Shown: positions 50,712 to 59,244 of the stretch, piece after piece
How positions within the stretch are numbered: the first letter of the stretch is position 1
Layout of the letters: each line of letters opens with the position of its first letter
Assembly: GCA_964606385.1 (NCBI GenBank)
Contig: CAZSFZ010000012.1
Coordinates: 1 to 63,030, forward strand
Length of the DNA: 63,030 bases
Reading direction: 5' to 3'
From: an uncultured bacterium
GTDB taxonomy: Bacteria > Omnitrophota > Omnitrophia > Omnitrophales > Aquincolibacteriaceae
Notes under the pieces: generated by a model
Seen by the model: the letters and a program-made list of their open reading frames with translations, nothing else
Databases searched by the model: none
Told to the model about the DNA's origin: nothing
Program-made: the position numbers and the translations under genes

Positions 50712-52523
50712 CTACTTGAACTTGGAAAGTTCCGTATAAACTTCCATGAAAAGGGGCGAACCCGTAAAGGACAAAGGGGACACTGGCCCAAAAAACATAA
50801 ATGGGAATTTACCGTTACTGCTAGGATCGATAAATGATTTGTATAATTGAATCGCTGAAGGATTGTTTACGAGCTCGGAAACCTTTTTCAATTCTGACCC
50901 TGAGGTGAGCCCATACCCGAATCCGAAAATGCGCATTTGTTTCAAAATTTCATCATTCAAAGATTCCAATGTTTGCGTGATAAACATGTAACCAATGCCA
51001 TATTTCCTTGTAGTTCTTACGGAATTGATGATTTCCCTTGTAAGTTCTTTTATTCTTTCGTCGAGCGCTCCCTCAGAGATAAATTTGTGCGCTTCATCCA
51101 TAACGATCAGGCAATTAGCCCGTTCGTTCTTGGCGTATAAATCAGCGCCAACTTCCACGACCTTGCACTCGATCACTTTTATAAACAATGCCTGCACATT
51201 CTCGTTCTCAATTTCACCTGCTTTTGCGCCACTAACATCCAATACGATAAAATTTCCCTTCTCTTTGACGATTTTATGCACTAAATCGTCCACAGACAGC
51301 TTAGTTTGTCCGGAAGCCTTTGTTTTCTTGAAGAAGTCTAAAGCGGCGTTCCATTTTTTGAGAACCGATGTCTGAGTAGCTAAATTAGCTAGTACCTCTT
51401 GGCATCGTCCGAGAAGTCGGTTTCTTGTTGCAGTCGTTCCATAAATCGCTTCAACGTATACCGTGAACGTTTTTCCTTGCCTCGTTTCATCTTGGCTTAA
51501 AGTAACAAAACGAGTAAGAAGATCCCTAAGCAATGCCGTGCTATCTGTAATGCTGTTCAGATTAAAGGAAGGGTTATTGGCTCTCCCGAAGAGATAATCC
51601 ACCACGGCATCGCGCGCCGCCTCTATTTTATCTTCCGTGTACATTGGCCGAAAAGCATCTTCAATGAAGCCAAGATTGGTAAGCAACTGTCCGAGAATTT
51701 CAAATTCTTTTCCCGGTAAATAGATGTCCGAAAGGATTTCGTACTTTGCGTACTTCATTCCCGCGGCAGTAATTCGAGTTTCCAGCTTTGTACCACCCGG
51801 AAGTAATTCTTGGTCGGAATAAAACTGCCTCTGGGGATCAAGAACAAGAATGCTCATGCTTTTCTTGTTTTTTGCGTAGCCCAAAAGAGTATAAGCAGCT
51901 GTTACGGTTTTGCCTGAACCGGTTTTACCAAAAATTCCTATATGATAAGCATCGCCAGCCCCCGCTTCCCGTATTGCTGGATCAGTTTTCCCAAAATGCT
52001 TGAACCAAAACGGTAAATCCACATCGGTGCCATAAACCTTCCCCATATAGGTAATCTCAGTTTCATGGGGCTTCATTAATGAAGTCATTACTTCATTAGT
52101 CATCTTACCAACTTTTTCTCCCGTAGAGGGGGAGGTTCCAAGGATGTATCCGATGGGCGCCGCATCATTCAGAGCATAACAGGCTTGGACACTGATGGTA
52201 GCAACACGGTTATCTGCCGTTCCGCTCAGATGCGGAAGTTTTCCATGCCGCTTAATTACGCCCTTAAAAGACGGATCTTCATGCCAACGGTTCTGTGTCT
52301 CAATTGAGATAATTTGCCCGATAACAAGAATGGGCCAGCCGTCTTCTTCTACAATGACATGAACCATTTGCCCCAATGCTCTTTGAGCCTTACTCTTTTC
52401 AGAAATATCTATCGTAATGTCAAGAGTAGTACTGGGCGAACCCGTGATTCCTAGGGTTGCGGTGCCCTCTTTCTTGATAATGTCGAGAAGCTCTTGGGAA
52501 ACAGTTTTCCGGGATTGTTCCAT
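50712..52523 (-). CDS. herA: HerA-family ATPase/helicase (HAS barrel + DUF87-type core)
   Basis: HIGIFGKTGSGKT, LIVMDEAHKF, RKYGIGYMFITQ; N-terminal GQMVHV..ILVIGQI. Confidence 0.88.
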   Translation of the reverse strand: MEQSRKTVSQELLDIIKKEGTATLGITGSPSTTLDITIDISEKSKAQRALGQMVHVIVEEDGWPILVIGQIISIETQNRWHEDPSFKGVIKRHGKLPHLSGTADNRVATISVQACYALNDAAPIGYILGTSPSTGEKVGKMTNEVMTSLMKPHETEITYMGKVYGTDVDLPFWFKHFGKTDPAIREAGAGDAYHIGIFGKTGSGKTVTAAYTLLGYAKNKKSMSILVLDPQRQFYSDQELLPGGTKLETRITAAGMKYAKYEILSDIYLPGKEFEILGQLLTNLGFIEDAFRPMYTEDKIEAARDAVVDYLFGRANNPSFNLNSITDSTALLRDLLTRFVTLSQDETRQGKTFTVYVEAIYGTTATRNRLLGRCQEVLANLATQTSVLKKWNAALDFFKKTKASGQTKLSVDDLVHKIVKEKGNFIVLDVSGAKAGEIENENVQALFIKVIECKVVEVGADLYAKNERANCLIVMDEAHKFISEGALDERIKELTREIINSVRTTRKYGIGYMFITQTLESLNDEILKQMRIFGFGYGLTSGSELKKVSELVNNPSAIQLYKSFIDPSSNGKFPFMFFGPVSPLSFTGSPLFMEVYTELSKFK

Positions 52524-52528
52524 GTGCC

Positions 52529-53737
52529 TTAAGTCCTATAGTTAAACAACAAGTTGAATTTACCCTTATCGATTTTTAAATCTTCTGAGAGCTTAATGGC
52601 TTCTTGAATAGCGAACATACCACCAGAGATACTTTTCGCCATGAGGTCTACTAAAAATTGAGGATAGGGTTCTCGGATTTCCGGGAAAACAATCTGCTTT
52701 TTAAGACTAAGCAAGCATGTCTCAAGCCTTTTTTGATCCAATGCGAGAGCTTTTTTCATTTCGATACGATAGGCTGGGCCATCTTGGTAAGGTTTAAAAT
52801 AAGTAAAATAAATCTCGGATTCTTTTTTCTTCAACGTAAAAACATCCTTTGTCCTTAGCGGATTAATTGCTTTCTTTAAAGCTTCATTAAGATCGTTCTT
52901 TTCTGGAATATTAAGATTGCAACGAATATGAAGATCGTCCCAAATTCGCTCTCTTTCATCCTGACTTTGACCCACTGGCAAAGGCTTTAGGTATTCATCT
53001 TCCGCCAAAGAAAGTGAAAAAAAAGTTCTATCATCCACCTTCACAGCGTGCTGAGCCAAGAAAGCATCCAAGACATCTCGTGAAGAGCTGTATTTGGCCA
53101 AAGCAATGATCTTTTCGTCATTAAAGGCCGCCTTGATAATTTCCGGTATATCGGGAATGATTTTCTCATAAGTTTCTTTTAAAAACTCACGGAGCGCATT
53201 CGCGTATTCCTGCGCAGAAGTGTTCTCATCTTCATTAGCGGATAGCATGCTGTTAATTTTTAAAAGTGGCGTAAAATGCGTTCCATCCATAATCCTAATT
53301 TCATGGCTTGCTCCAGCAAGAACGCTTAACTCCATCAGAAACATGATGCCTTGGCCCAAGCGAGCATTCGCTTCGTTGTGCGAAAGTGCCGTTTGCCACT
53401 GGTAATACTGATTTTTACCTTCTTCCCAACCCTTGTCTGTGTCCTCAGTTAAACCTTCCACCCCAACAGCAACGGCAAGTAAAAGATCGCTTCCTGTCAT
53501 TTTTTCAATAATTATACTTCCGTCAACAGCAACCAAAGAGTTAGAGAAAATATCGGTTTTTAGAATAGCGATTTTCCCAGTGTCCCGCAGTTCTCTAATT
53601 GCAGCCTGAATGGGTTCATCTTGGATATCAAACATTTTGTTCATTTTCTCAACTGTAACTGGAACATTATCCAAGATCTTGGCTAATAACTCGTCCGGAA
53701 GATATGCGTAGTTCCGTTGTTTTACCTCTTCGCTCAT
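52529..53737 (-). CDS. nurA: NurA-family nuclease
   Basis: LVAVDGS, IRIMDGT, ALAKYS, YPQFLVDLMAKS; ATG 53737 overlaps the upstream TGA. Confidence 0.82.
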   Translation of the reverse strand: MSEEVKQRNYAYLPDELLAKILDNVPVTVEKMNKMFDIQDEPIQAAIRELRDTGKIAILKTDIFSNSLVAVDGSIIIEKMTGSDLLLAVAVGVEGLTEDTDKGWEEGKNQYYQWQTALSHNEANARLGQGIMFLMELSVLAGASHEIRIMDGTHFTPLLKINSMLSANEDENTSAQEYANALREFLKETYEKIIPDIPEIIKAAFNDEKIIALAKYSSSRDVLDAFLAQHAVKVDDRTFFSLSLAEDEYLKPLPVGQSQDERERIWDDLHIRCNLNIPEKNDLNEALKKAINPLRTKDVFTLKKKESEIYFTYFKPYQDGPAYRIEMKKALALDQKRLETCLLSLKKQIVFPEIREPYPQFLVDLMAKSISGGMFAIQEAIKLSEDLKIDKGKFNLLFNYRT

Positions 53738-54891
53738 AAAGTTTCCTGAATTATATTTTTGCACTTACGAAGGTTGTAAAAGATTTGCCGTTTAAAAGAT
53801 TCCGCGTTAAAACGTTGGAAGTTTTCATTTTTTTGTATGCGTGGTAAAGCCCACCGGTTTTTCCAAAAGTCTGATAGCTCTTCAATGGTGCGATGGTGCC
53901 ACAAGGGCCTCACGTCATTTTGAATTACGTTCTTCAAATTTTTAGCGAAAGGGAAAATATAAAGGGCGCGTTTAACTCCGTGATCAACTCCGTTTGTAAT
54001 TCCTAATTTTTCTAATGCTTTGTCAATTAATCGCATTTTGCGAGAAGGCCCATTCCCAAAGCCCCGGTCTAGCTGACCATCTTCTTGTTCTAAAAAGGAA
54101 ACCATTTGCTCATAGAGCGTATTGGGAATGTGAAAGGAACCGCTGCCGTTTGTATAGCCAATAAATTCTGCGATTGGAAACCCCGCATATTTTAATCGAT
54201 TGTAAACACTGCTTTTGCCATAAGCCCCAGTAGTTGTTATAAACAGAAGCCGGGAAGGTAGGTTTCTTTCTTTGATAATAGTTTTTTGGTTCTTATATTT
54301 TTTTTCAAATGTTTCTCTTACGATCTCTGCTGTCATCAAGGAAGCAACAAGTTTTCCCCCGAGGATTGAATTATATGGAGGCAGTGCGCCTAAACGCTGA
54401 GCGCTCAAGGATTGATTTACCCAATAATCTCTTTCCTTATGCGTAATGCCTAAATGTTGATCCCGAACGCTCCAGCTTAAAATCGGGCTTTGAAGACCAA
54501 TTAAACCTATGGGCGCATTGTGGTAATCATCCCAAACAATGAATCGCATTTGGCGGCCGTAGGCCGGATCATAAGGCAAACTCCACCAGACTAAATTCCA
54601 CCAACGAAATAGATCTGCAGTACCTGTTTTTGAGTCTACTAATATTAGCCGGGGTTTTATATTTGCTACATTCAAATCACGGCCATTGAGAATTAGATTC
54701 TTATTTTTTTTTAGATATTCGCGGATAAATTCTTCATGAGAGACTATACGTTCTGCCTTGGCGAGGGAATGAACTGCTCTTCTTGATTGGCGGGTATCTT
54801 TTTTTAAAGTAAATCCGTTTTTCGCAAGCGAATAGCCTTGCTTTTCAACGAGAAAGCGTAATTTCTTTTTTAGACTTGCAGCAGCTATCAT
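53734..54891 (-). CDS. DUF4338 / Druantia DruA-like protein
   Basis: WSLPYDPAYGRQMRFIVWD, IGLIGLQSP, RD..LG, RLGALPPYNSILGGKLVA, LFITTTGAYGKSSVYNRL, GYTNGSGSFH. Confidence 0.8.
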   Translation of the reverse strand: MIAAASLKKKLRFLVEKQGYSLAKNGFTLKKDTRQSRRAVHSLAKAERIVSHEEFIREYLKKNKNLILNGRDLNVANIKPRLILVDSKTGTADLFRWWNLVWWSLPYDPAYGRQMRFIVWDDYHNAPIGLIGLQSPILSWSVRDQHLGITHKERDYWVNQSLSAQRLGALPPYNSILGGKLVASLMTAEIVRETFEKKYKNQKTIIKERNLPSRLLFITTTGAYGKSSVYNRLKYAGFPIAEFIGYTNGSGSFHIPNTLYEQMVSFLEQEDGQLDRGFGNGPSRKMRLIDKALEKLGITNGVDHGVKRALYIFPFAKNLKNVIQNDVRPLWHHRTIEELSDFWKNRWALPRIQKNENFQRFNAESFKRQIFYNLRKCKNIIQETL

Positions 54892-55006
54892 TTATTACCT
54901 AACATTTGAATCTGTAATTAGATAGCGAATTATACTACTATTATTGGTGCAGACCCATGATTTTCCAATCCATGGGTTCTTTTTCAAAGAGGAAAATATC
55001 AATAGA

Positions 55007-55978
55007 TCAACCCTTGTGCGGAACCGCTTTTTGAAACAAAATTCGGTTGTTCCGGGTTGCCCAAAAGGCTTGCTGACGCTGACCATCGGTAAAGCAAGCG
55101 TAGTGCTCAGGCGAAGATAAAACTACCGAATAGGCGCTCCGAGTTAACTGTTCCGCCTGCAGGACGATCCACCAATAGGACTTCCAGATCGTATCCCCAT
55201 CCCCCAAATCCTTCAGATGGTCCAAGCGAGACTTGAGAAAGAAAATATTGTTAATGATCGCAGCCGCCTTACTCGGCGACAAGAGCTTGGGCTGGTCCTG
55301 AGGCCAGAAACACTTGATCCGGGATAGAAAATATTCTTTCTGCCGCCCTTCCGGTGAGCAGATAAGCGCCTCCAGTGCCAGAATGAAGCAAGTCAACCGG
55401 TGCCGAATGTCGTATTCTTGCAACCCACGACAAAAAAGATCCACCCCTTCCATGAAACGCTTGCTTCGATCACAAGCCTCCTTACCGCAATGCAATGGGA
55501 TCAGCTTAGCTGCGAAATCGGTCCACCGGTAAAAGATCTCTCGGGTCAAAGGACGATCATTCTTGCCGGAGCCTTCTGTGTCGAACCAGCCAGACTCTTT
55601 AAAAGACTCACTAAGCTGCCAAATCCCGCTCTCAAGGCGGCTATACAAGAAATAAGCCTCTAGGTGACACCCAAAAGAAAAGGCGATCTTAAGGGCCTGC
55701 CAGTAGTCAGAAGGCCAAGAAAGCGCCTTTCCATCATCAGGGATATCCTTTTCAACCGTTACGACCCATTGGCGCGTATGGCAAAAAGAATCAACATGCT
55801 GCTCCCATCCCCGTGTTCCCAGCCGGGCCTTCCACTCTTCGCGCGCGAAGGGCGCCATGAAAGCATCTATGTCTTTAACAAAATCGATCGACACACCCGG
55901 GGCAACGTCAAAATGGTCTGCTCCGGTCTCGTTTGGCGCGTCAGTCTGTATAATTAAAAGTCCGATCGCTTTATTCAT
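55007..55978 (-). CDS. HEPN (ApeA/Apea-like C-terminal) domain protein
   Basis: RLTCFILALEALI ... IFFLKSRLDH; the HEPN Rx4H position reads KSRLDH. Confidence 0.5.
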   Translation of the reverse strand: MNKAIGLLIIQTDAPNETGADHFDVAPGVSIDFVKDIDAFMAPFAREEWKARLGTRGWEQHVDSFCHTRQWVVTVEKDIPDDGKALSWPSDYWQALKIAFSFGCHLEAYFLYSRLESGIWQLSESFKESGWFDTEGSGKNDRPLTREIFYRWTDFAAKLIPLHCGKEACDRSKRFMEGVDLFCRGLQEYDIRHRLTCFILALEALICSPEGRQKEYFLSRIKCFWPQDQPKLLSPSKAAAIINNIFFLKSRLDHLKDLGDGDTIWKSYWWIVLQAEQLTRSAYSVVLSSPEHYACFTDGQRQQAFWATRNNRILFQKAVPHKG

Positions 55979-56008
55979 GCGGGCGCTCTCGAATTAACTG
56001 GGGGAGGA

Positions 56009-56587
56009 TTATATAATTTTCAGCTTACTAAGTATCAACAAAAGAAGATAGATGCTGCCAAGAATAAGGGCGATTTTAATAAGGGCGTCCTTTGAAGACG
56101 CAACATCCTTGATGAATTTGAGCAGCTTCAGGGTCGTAGGCTTGAGTGATTCGTCGATCGCAGAGCTGAGCGATTTCAGTATCACTGGCCGTTCACCGAG
56201 ATAACGAATAAAAATAAATAGCGCAACAAGAATAAATACTGCTAAAACCATTCGAGGAGAAATCTCCAAAACTTCAAATATTTTGCGAGCTTTTTCCCTT
56301 CTGCCTCGGTAGGCTTCCAAAGACATATTATTGCGTTTAGCGTTCAGAGAATCCTTGGCTATGTCTTCTTTGGCGAAAACGTCATATATGTTTTCGTTTT
56401 GTCGAATCGCAGGCGGGGTTACCGCTGCCTCAGACCCTTCAATCGCGGGTTGAAGACCAAAGAAATGTTTAGCAATGCGTTCTTCCCCAAAGCTGGAGGA
56501 AATAATTAGCAGGCAAAAAAAGACAGCCCCGAGCGTCCATAAAACGTAAAAGAATTTTTTGTGCTTGGTTAGGAAGGGATCGGTCAT
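56009..56587 (-). CDS. Hypothetical membrane protein
   Basis: Three hydrophobic segments; start placed at MTDPFL, overlapping the upstream stop. Confidence 0.55.
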   Translation of the reverse strand: MTDPFLTKHKKFFYVLWTLGAVFFCLLIISSSFGEERIAKHFFGLQPAIEGSEAAVTPPAIRQNENIYDVFAKEDIAKDSLNAKRNNMSLEAYRGRREKARKIFEVLEISPRMVLAVFILVALFIFIRYLGERPVILKSLSSAIDESLKPTTLKLLKFIKDVASSKDALIKIALILGSIYLLLLILSKLKII

Positions 56588-57057
56588 ACGCCCCTTGTCA
56601 AAATCGCCTGCTCTCCAAAAGTCTGTTTTACCCTTTTGGAGAATTTGAAATACAAAAACCAAACAGAGGCTGTAAACACGGTCATAATCCTGCCGATAAT
56701 GAAATTGCTTAATGCACCATTTGAGGGGATAGTCTTAGTAAATACTAAAAAGAAACAAGCTGTCAGGGAAAGCGTGCAAGCAATCACGCCGAAAAGGAGT
56801 ACCCGCTTCGCTTGGCACGCCGCAGTGGGTTTAAGTTTGAACAATCGATAGGCAACTATGAGCTGGAAAGCGCCATACCCCATAATCGCTACCGCATCTA
56901 GCATGAGATAGGTCATCATGACTGACCATGATTTTGAAAGCACCAAATCGTTGAGCAAAGATCCGCTGCGAAAAAAATTCAATATCCCGCCTAAACCACA
57001 TACAAAGACAAAAAAAGCAAGCCATCCACCAATATGCGTATAACGTACTTCGTTCAT
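56584..57057 (-). CDS. DUF2569-like membrane protein
   Basis: IGGWL at N-terminus; W..YF..SKRVK.TF at C-terminus. Confidence 0.75.
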   Translation of the reverse strand: MNEVRYTHIGGWLAFFVFVCGLGGILNFFRSGSLLNDLVLSKSWSVMMTYLMLDAVAIMGYGAFQLIVAYRLFKLKPTAACQAKRVLLFGVIACTLSLTACFFLVFTKTIPSNGALSNFIIGRIMTVFTASVWFLYFKFSKRVKQTFGEQAILTRGV

Positions 57058-57089
57058 GACGTCCTCCTTCGCCTCGGATGCGTATGGCG

Positions 57090-57569
57090 CTACTGAAATA
57101 TCTTTTTATTTGGATCTTGGATATTTGATTCGGTGTAGATGTAATTGCGCATAGACTTGAAAATCTCTTGCGGCCAGCTCTTCTCGGTCATATCGCCCCA
57201 GAAACCAAGATCTTTTGACCCTTGAACAAGGATCTTTACGGAGCTGCCATCCGGCTCCTCTTTGATGTAAACGCCTGCGACAATGTTCCAATCGTATTTC
57301 GTCATTCCGTGTTCCCCGATCGCAACGGCTTCATCGTAGTTGGCTCTCTTGATTGTAAAACCGGCATCGGAAAGCCCAGATTTGGCAGCAAGGTAGGCGG
57401 TGCGCTTATCGACACCCTTCAGAAAAAAAACTTCTTCATACTTCGACCAACCGGTTCGGCCCTCATTGGCCGGATTAAAATTGACGTTTCGCGCAGATTG
57501 GGGCATGGAATTGATTGAGGTACAGCCGGTGAGCAAAATAAGCGAAAGTAAAAAAAGCGTGCTTTTCAT
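57090..57569 (-). CDS. Lipoprotein of unknown function
   Basis: Lipobox LLTGC. Confidence 0.75.
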   Translation of the reverse strand: MKSTLFLLSLILLTGCTSINSMPQSARNVNFNPANEGRTGWSKYEEVFFLKGVDKRTAYLAAKSGLSDAGFTIKRANYDEAVAIGEHGMTKYDWNIVAGVYIKEEPDGSSVKILVQGSKDLGFWGDMTEKSWPQEIFKSMRNYIYTESNIQDPNKKIFQ

Positions 57570-57580
57570 GTAGGAATTTT

Positions 57581-57640
57581 ACCATCTATGGATGGTTTTT
57601 GGAAGAGCTGCAAGATCCCATAATACCATCCATGGATGGG
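57581..57640. promoter_or_regulatory. Paired palindromic operators in the lipoprotein/XRE divergent promoter
   Basis: ACCATC-TATG-GATGGT (57581-57596) and ACCATC-CATG-GATGGG (57625-57640; covers the XRE ATG). Confidence 0.65.
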
Positions 57641-57853
57641 TACATTTGTCGCAAGCTGGGAAAGCGGATAAGAGAACTAAGGGATAAGCATGACCTTACT
57701 CAAGAAGAGCTGGCTGCACGTGCAGATATTAGCTTGAAGTACCTTCAAAATCTTGAAGGGAAAAATCCAAAGAAAGCCACCGTCGTTACTTTAAGCAAGC
57801 TTGGAAAAGGTTTCGGTCTTCCTCTTTGGAAGTTTCTAAAATTCCCTCAGTAA
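57632..57853 (+). CDS. XRE-family HTH regulator (C-protein-like)
   Basis: LGKRIRELR..HDLTQEELAARADISLKYLQNLE. Confidence 0.9.
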   Translation: MDGYICRKLGKRIRELRDKHDLTQEELAARADISLKYLQNLEGKNPKKATVVTLSKLGKGFGLPLWKFLKFPQ

Positions 57854-58160
57854 GCAGGTTAATTCTTTCCTCAAGATCCATTGGGCTAACCGTAGGTTCC
57901 GAATTTGCTAGAGATCCCATCCTTATTTCACTCTCGTTGTACTGAGGCGGTTTCCCCCAACCCCGATCCAGCAATGCGAGAGATGCCTGAATACGTGCCG
58001 CTTTAGTCGATTTCGGATCGTTCATGATCTCGACCAACGTGTTGATAGCCGCTTCTGTGTGCTCCCTCGCCTTATCCCTGATCGTTATGGCTACCTTAGG
58101 ACGTCCATTCGGATTACCCGATTGTCCCGGTTTAAACATTCCTGCGTGTCTATTCTCCAT
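57786..58160 (-). CDS. DUF5681-domain protein (terminase small-subunit-like N-terminus)
   Basis: FKPGQSGNPNGRPK; LLDRGWGKP; GGAGG RBS before ATG 58160. Confidence 0.75.
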   Translation of the reverse strand: MENRHAGMFKPGQSGNPNGRPKVAITIRDKAREHTEAAINTLVEIMNDPKSTKAARIQASLALLDRGWGKPPQYNESEIRMGSLANSEPTVSPMDLEERINLLTEGILETSKEEDRNLFQACLK

Positions 58161-58228
58161 TGTCCCCACCTCCATGGATATTCTATACTAGTACATTAAA
58201 TTCTTGGATAAGAAAGATGTGGTGATTA

Positions 58229-58864
58229 GTGGAAAAAGGCAATGAGAGATTCGACAGAGAACAGGCTGAGAGAAAACAGGCTTGGGACATACTCCAAAAC
58301 ATCCCTGAATTTATAGCAGACCGTAAAAAAGCCAGTGAATTTAATAAAATCAAAGACCAAAACAAAATCAAACAACTGAAAAAGAAATGGGGCTTTTATC
58401 CTCTAGAAGATATTTTAGAATTCACTGACGCCTTTTCAAAATACTCGGTCATAGCGAATCGGTGGGGAAAAGCAGTCGATTTCCATGGCGTAGATATGTT
58501 TTCATTAAACGCTTCTGAGCAATTGGTTGCCCCCGAAGGAAGTCCATGCAAGGGCAAATCCCTCCTTCATAAAATCGATGTCACCATCGATATAACAAGA
58601 TCGGACAGCGCTATTTTGGATGAATTAAGAACAGGAATTGATAGCATACGACGCATTTTTAAAACAAAAATAACGCCAAACAAAAAGCATGACCATTTGG
58701 AATTCTTGATAGGTTTATTGATCGGCATCGGTCTAACAGACGCTGAAATACACGAGCGGCTCACGCCACGCAAGCTATTAAAGCTTGCCTATGATCATGG
58801 GCAGCGAAAATCCCACCGAGAAAAAATTCAAGAACGGTTGAAAACTAGGCGGAAAAAAGTTTAA
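58229..58864 (+). CDS. Hypothetical protein
   Basis: 211-aa open frame; no recognised motif. Confidence 0.5.
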   Translation: MEKGNERFDREQAERKQAWDILQNIPEFIADRKKASEFNKIKDQNKIKQLKKKWGFYPLEDILEFTDAFSKYSVIANRWGKAVDFHGVDMFSLNASEQLVAPEGSPCKGKSLLHKIDVTIDITRSDSAILDELRTGIDSIRRIFKTKITPNKKHDHLEFLIGLLIGIGLTDAEIHERLTPRKLLKLAYDHGQRKSHREKIQERLKTRRKKV

Positions 58865-58914
58865 TTTCTTTCCGCTCCACAGCAGCATTCCTTGCCATTT
58901 AAGATTGTCGCATT

Positions 58915-59244
58915 ATGGAAAACGCGGCAATCAACTTATCAGATATTCAGATCATTCCAATCAAGCCTCGCGATGGCCTTTTGGCCTTCGTATCTTTCCT
59001 ACTTAATAGCCAGTTTTTCTGCGGGAATATAGCTATTCACTCCCGCCCTGATGGCAATCTCAGACTTGTTTATCCGCAAAAACTTCTTCCGAATGGAAAA
59101 ACCATTAACTGTTTTCATCCCGTGGATCAGCAGGTAGCAAATACAGTTTTAGAACAGGTTTCAGATGCTTATCTGCACCTTATTTCAAAATGTGGCCAAA
59201 ATGCGACTATTTGTGAGGATCGAGATGAGACCCTTCGAAAATAA
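58915..59244 (+). CDS. SpoVG-like nucleic-acid-binding protein
   Basis: IQIIPI..GLLAFVSF.L...F....IAI....DG.L.LVYP......FHPV pattern. Confidence 0.7.
   Translation: MENAAINLSDIQIIPIKPRDGLLAFVSFLLNSQFFCGNIAIHSRPDGNLRLVYPQKLLPNGKTINCFHPVDQQVANTVLEQVSDAYLHLISKCGQNATICEDRDETLRK

Noticed and set aside
50712-54891. Canonical Druantia or housekeeping herA-nurA repair operon
   Set aside because: No DruB-E/DruE helicase and no mre11/rad50; located in a mobile element.
54895-55086. 63-aa ORF upstream of DUF4338
   Set aside because: Overlaps the HEPN-like gene end and the likely promoter; no RBS or motif.
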